Below, piece by piece: positions 63,209 to 64,000 of a stretch of 64,000 nt of DNA. This DNA is from Escherichia coli. GTDB lineage: Bacteria; Pseudomonadota; Gammaproteobacteria; Enterobacterales; Enterobacteriaceae. Both the position numbers and the translations under genes were made by a program. The notes under the pieces were generated by a model. That model searched no databases. It had not been told where the DNA came from and saw nothing but the letters and a program-made list of their open reading frames with translations. The stretch is from the NCBI RefSeq assembly GCF_003991155.1, contig NZ_CP031293.1, one strand, 5' to 3'. Numbering within the stretch: position 1 is the first letter of the stretch; each line of letters begins with the position of its first letter.

Positions 63209-64000
63209 TTACTGTTTTTCTGGTGGGAAAATCAGATTCAGCACGATGGCAGTAATACCGCCCGCGGCGATCCCGGAGGAGAGCAGGTTTTTCAGCCATT
63301 CAGGGGCAAACTGCAAAATCAGCGGCTGCTGAGACACGCCCAGACCGACCGCCAGCGACAGCGCGATAATCAGAATCGCCCGGCGGTTCAGCGGCTCACG
63401 AGAAACGATACGCACACCGGAGGCGGCGATGGTGCCAAACATTACAAGCGTTGCGCCGCCCAGAACCGGTTCTGGAATGTGTTGTACAAAACCGCTCACT
63501 GCCGGGAACAGACCCAGCACGATCAACATCAGCGCGACGACAAAACCGACATAGCGGCTGGCAACACCGGTTAACTGGATCACCCCGTTGTTCTGCCCGA
63601 AGCAGGAGTTCGGGAAGGTATTAAATACCGCCGAGACAAACGAGTTCAGGCCGTTTGCCAGCACGCCGCCTTTCAGGCGTTTCATGTACAGCGGACCGGA
63701 AACCGGCTGTTCGGAAACGTCAGAGGTCGCCGTGATATCGCCAATGGTTTCCAGCGAAGTGATCATAAAGACCAGCATCAGCGGCAGCAGCAGACTCCAT
63801 TCAATGCCAAGACCGTAATAGAGCGGCGTTGGCACCATAATCAGTTCTTGCGTCATCGGTTCGTTGCTTTCTGGCAACATGTCCATAAACCACGCCAGCG
63901 CATATCCAGCCGCCATCGCAATCACCAGTGAGGCCACGCGTAAGTAAGGGTTACGTTGACGGTTAAGCAGGATAATTAAGGCTAAGACCACGCCTGCCAG
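63209..64000 (-). CDS. xanP: Xanthine permease XanP (YicE), C-terminal part; N-terminus beyond window end
   Basis: C-terminus …[21 protein letters not shown] matches XanP; frame remains open to the window edge. Confidence 0.85.
   Translation of the reverse strand: MAGVVLALIILLNRQRNPYLRVASLVIAMAAGYALAWFMDMLPESNEPMTQELIMVPTPLYYGLGIEWSLLLPLMLVFMITSLETIGDITATSDVSEQPVSGPLYMKRLKGGVLANGLNSFVSAVFNTFPNSCFGQNNGVIQLTGVASRYVGFVVALMLIVLGLFPAVSGFVQHIPEPVLGGATLVMFGTIAASGVRIVSREPLNRRAILIIALSLAVGLGVSQQPLILQFAPEWLKNLLSSGIAAGGITAIVLNLIFPPEKQ

Overview
The window is an Escherichia coli-type chromosomal segment centred on the tRNA-Sec gene selC, carrying a large mosaic genomic island. All calls rest on reading the sequence and the supplied ORF track against remembered protein families; no searches were run, and coordinates placed by eye may be off by 2-3 bp. 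Backbone genes are yicS, nlpA, yicL, setC on the left and selC, yicJ, yicI, yicH, xanP (partial) on the right. Between setC and selC lies a ~45 kb island bounded by 25-bp direct repeats of the selC 3' end (4873-4897 and 49999-50023), with a P4-type tyrosine integrase next to selC. The island contains a CP4-57/CP4-44-like module (GTPase, WYL regulator, DUF932, antirestriction, RadC-like, CbeA/CbtA type IV toxin-antitoxin), an intact IS3 and IS1 (both with target-site duplications), and IS66, IS21 and IS605 remnants. Its cargo includes an AT-rich orphan 407-aa gene, a pseudouridine-catabolism-like locus, four YagK/YfjJ-family paralogs, mel-locus and PTS fragments, a displaced tnaCAB operon, and an 8-gene catabolic cluster. 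The two strongest candidates for an undescribed system are that catabolic cluster (oxo-tetronate kinase/decarboxylase/isomerase homologs plus a beta-keto-acid cleavage enzyme and an Asp/Glu-racemase-family enzyme, 36837-43581) and the orphan 407-aa gene in a known defence hotspot (12975-14198). A second islet between yicI and yicH matches the ExPEC-associated frz-type PTS/aldolase operon, and the left window edge holds a partial SicA/IpgC-family type III secretion chaperone gene.
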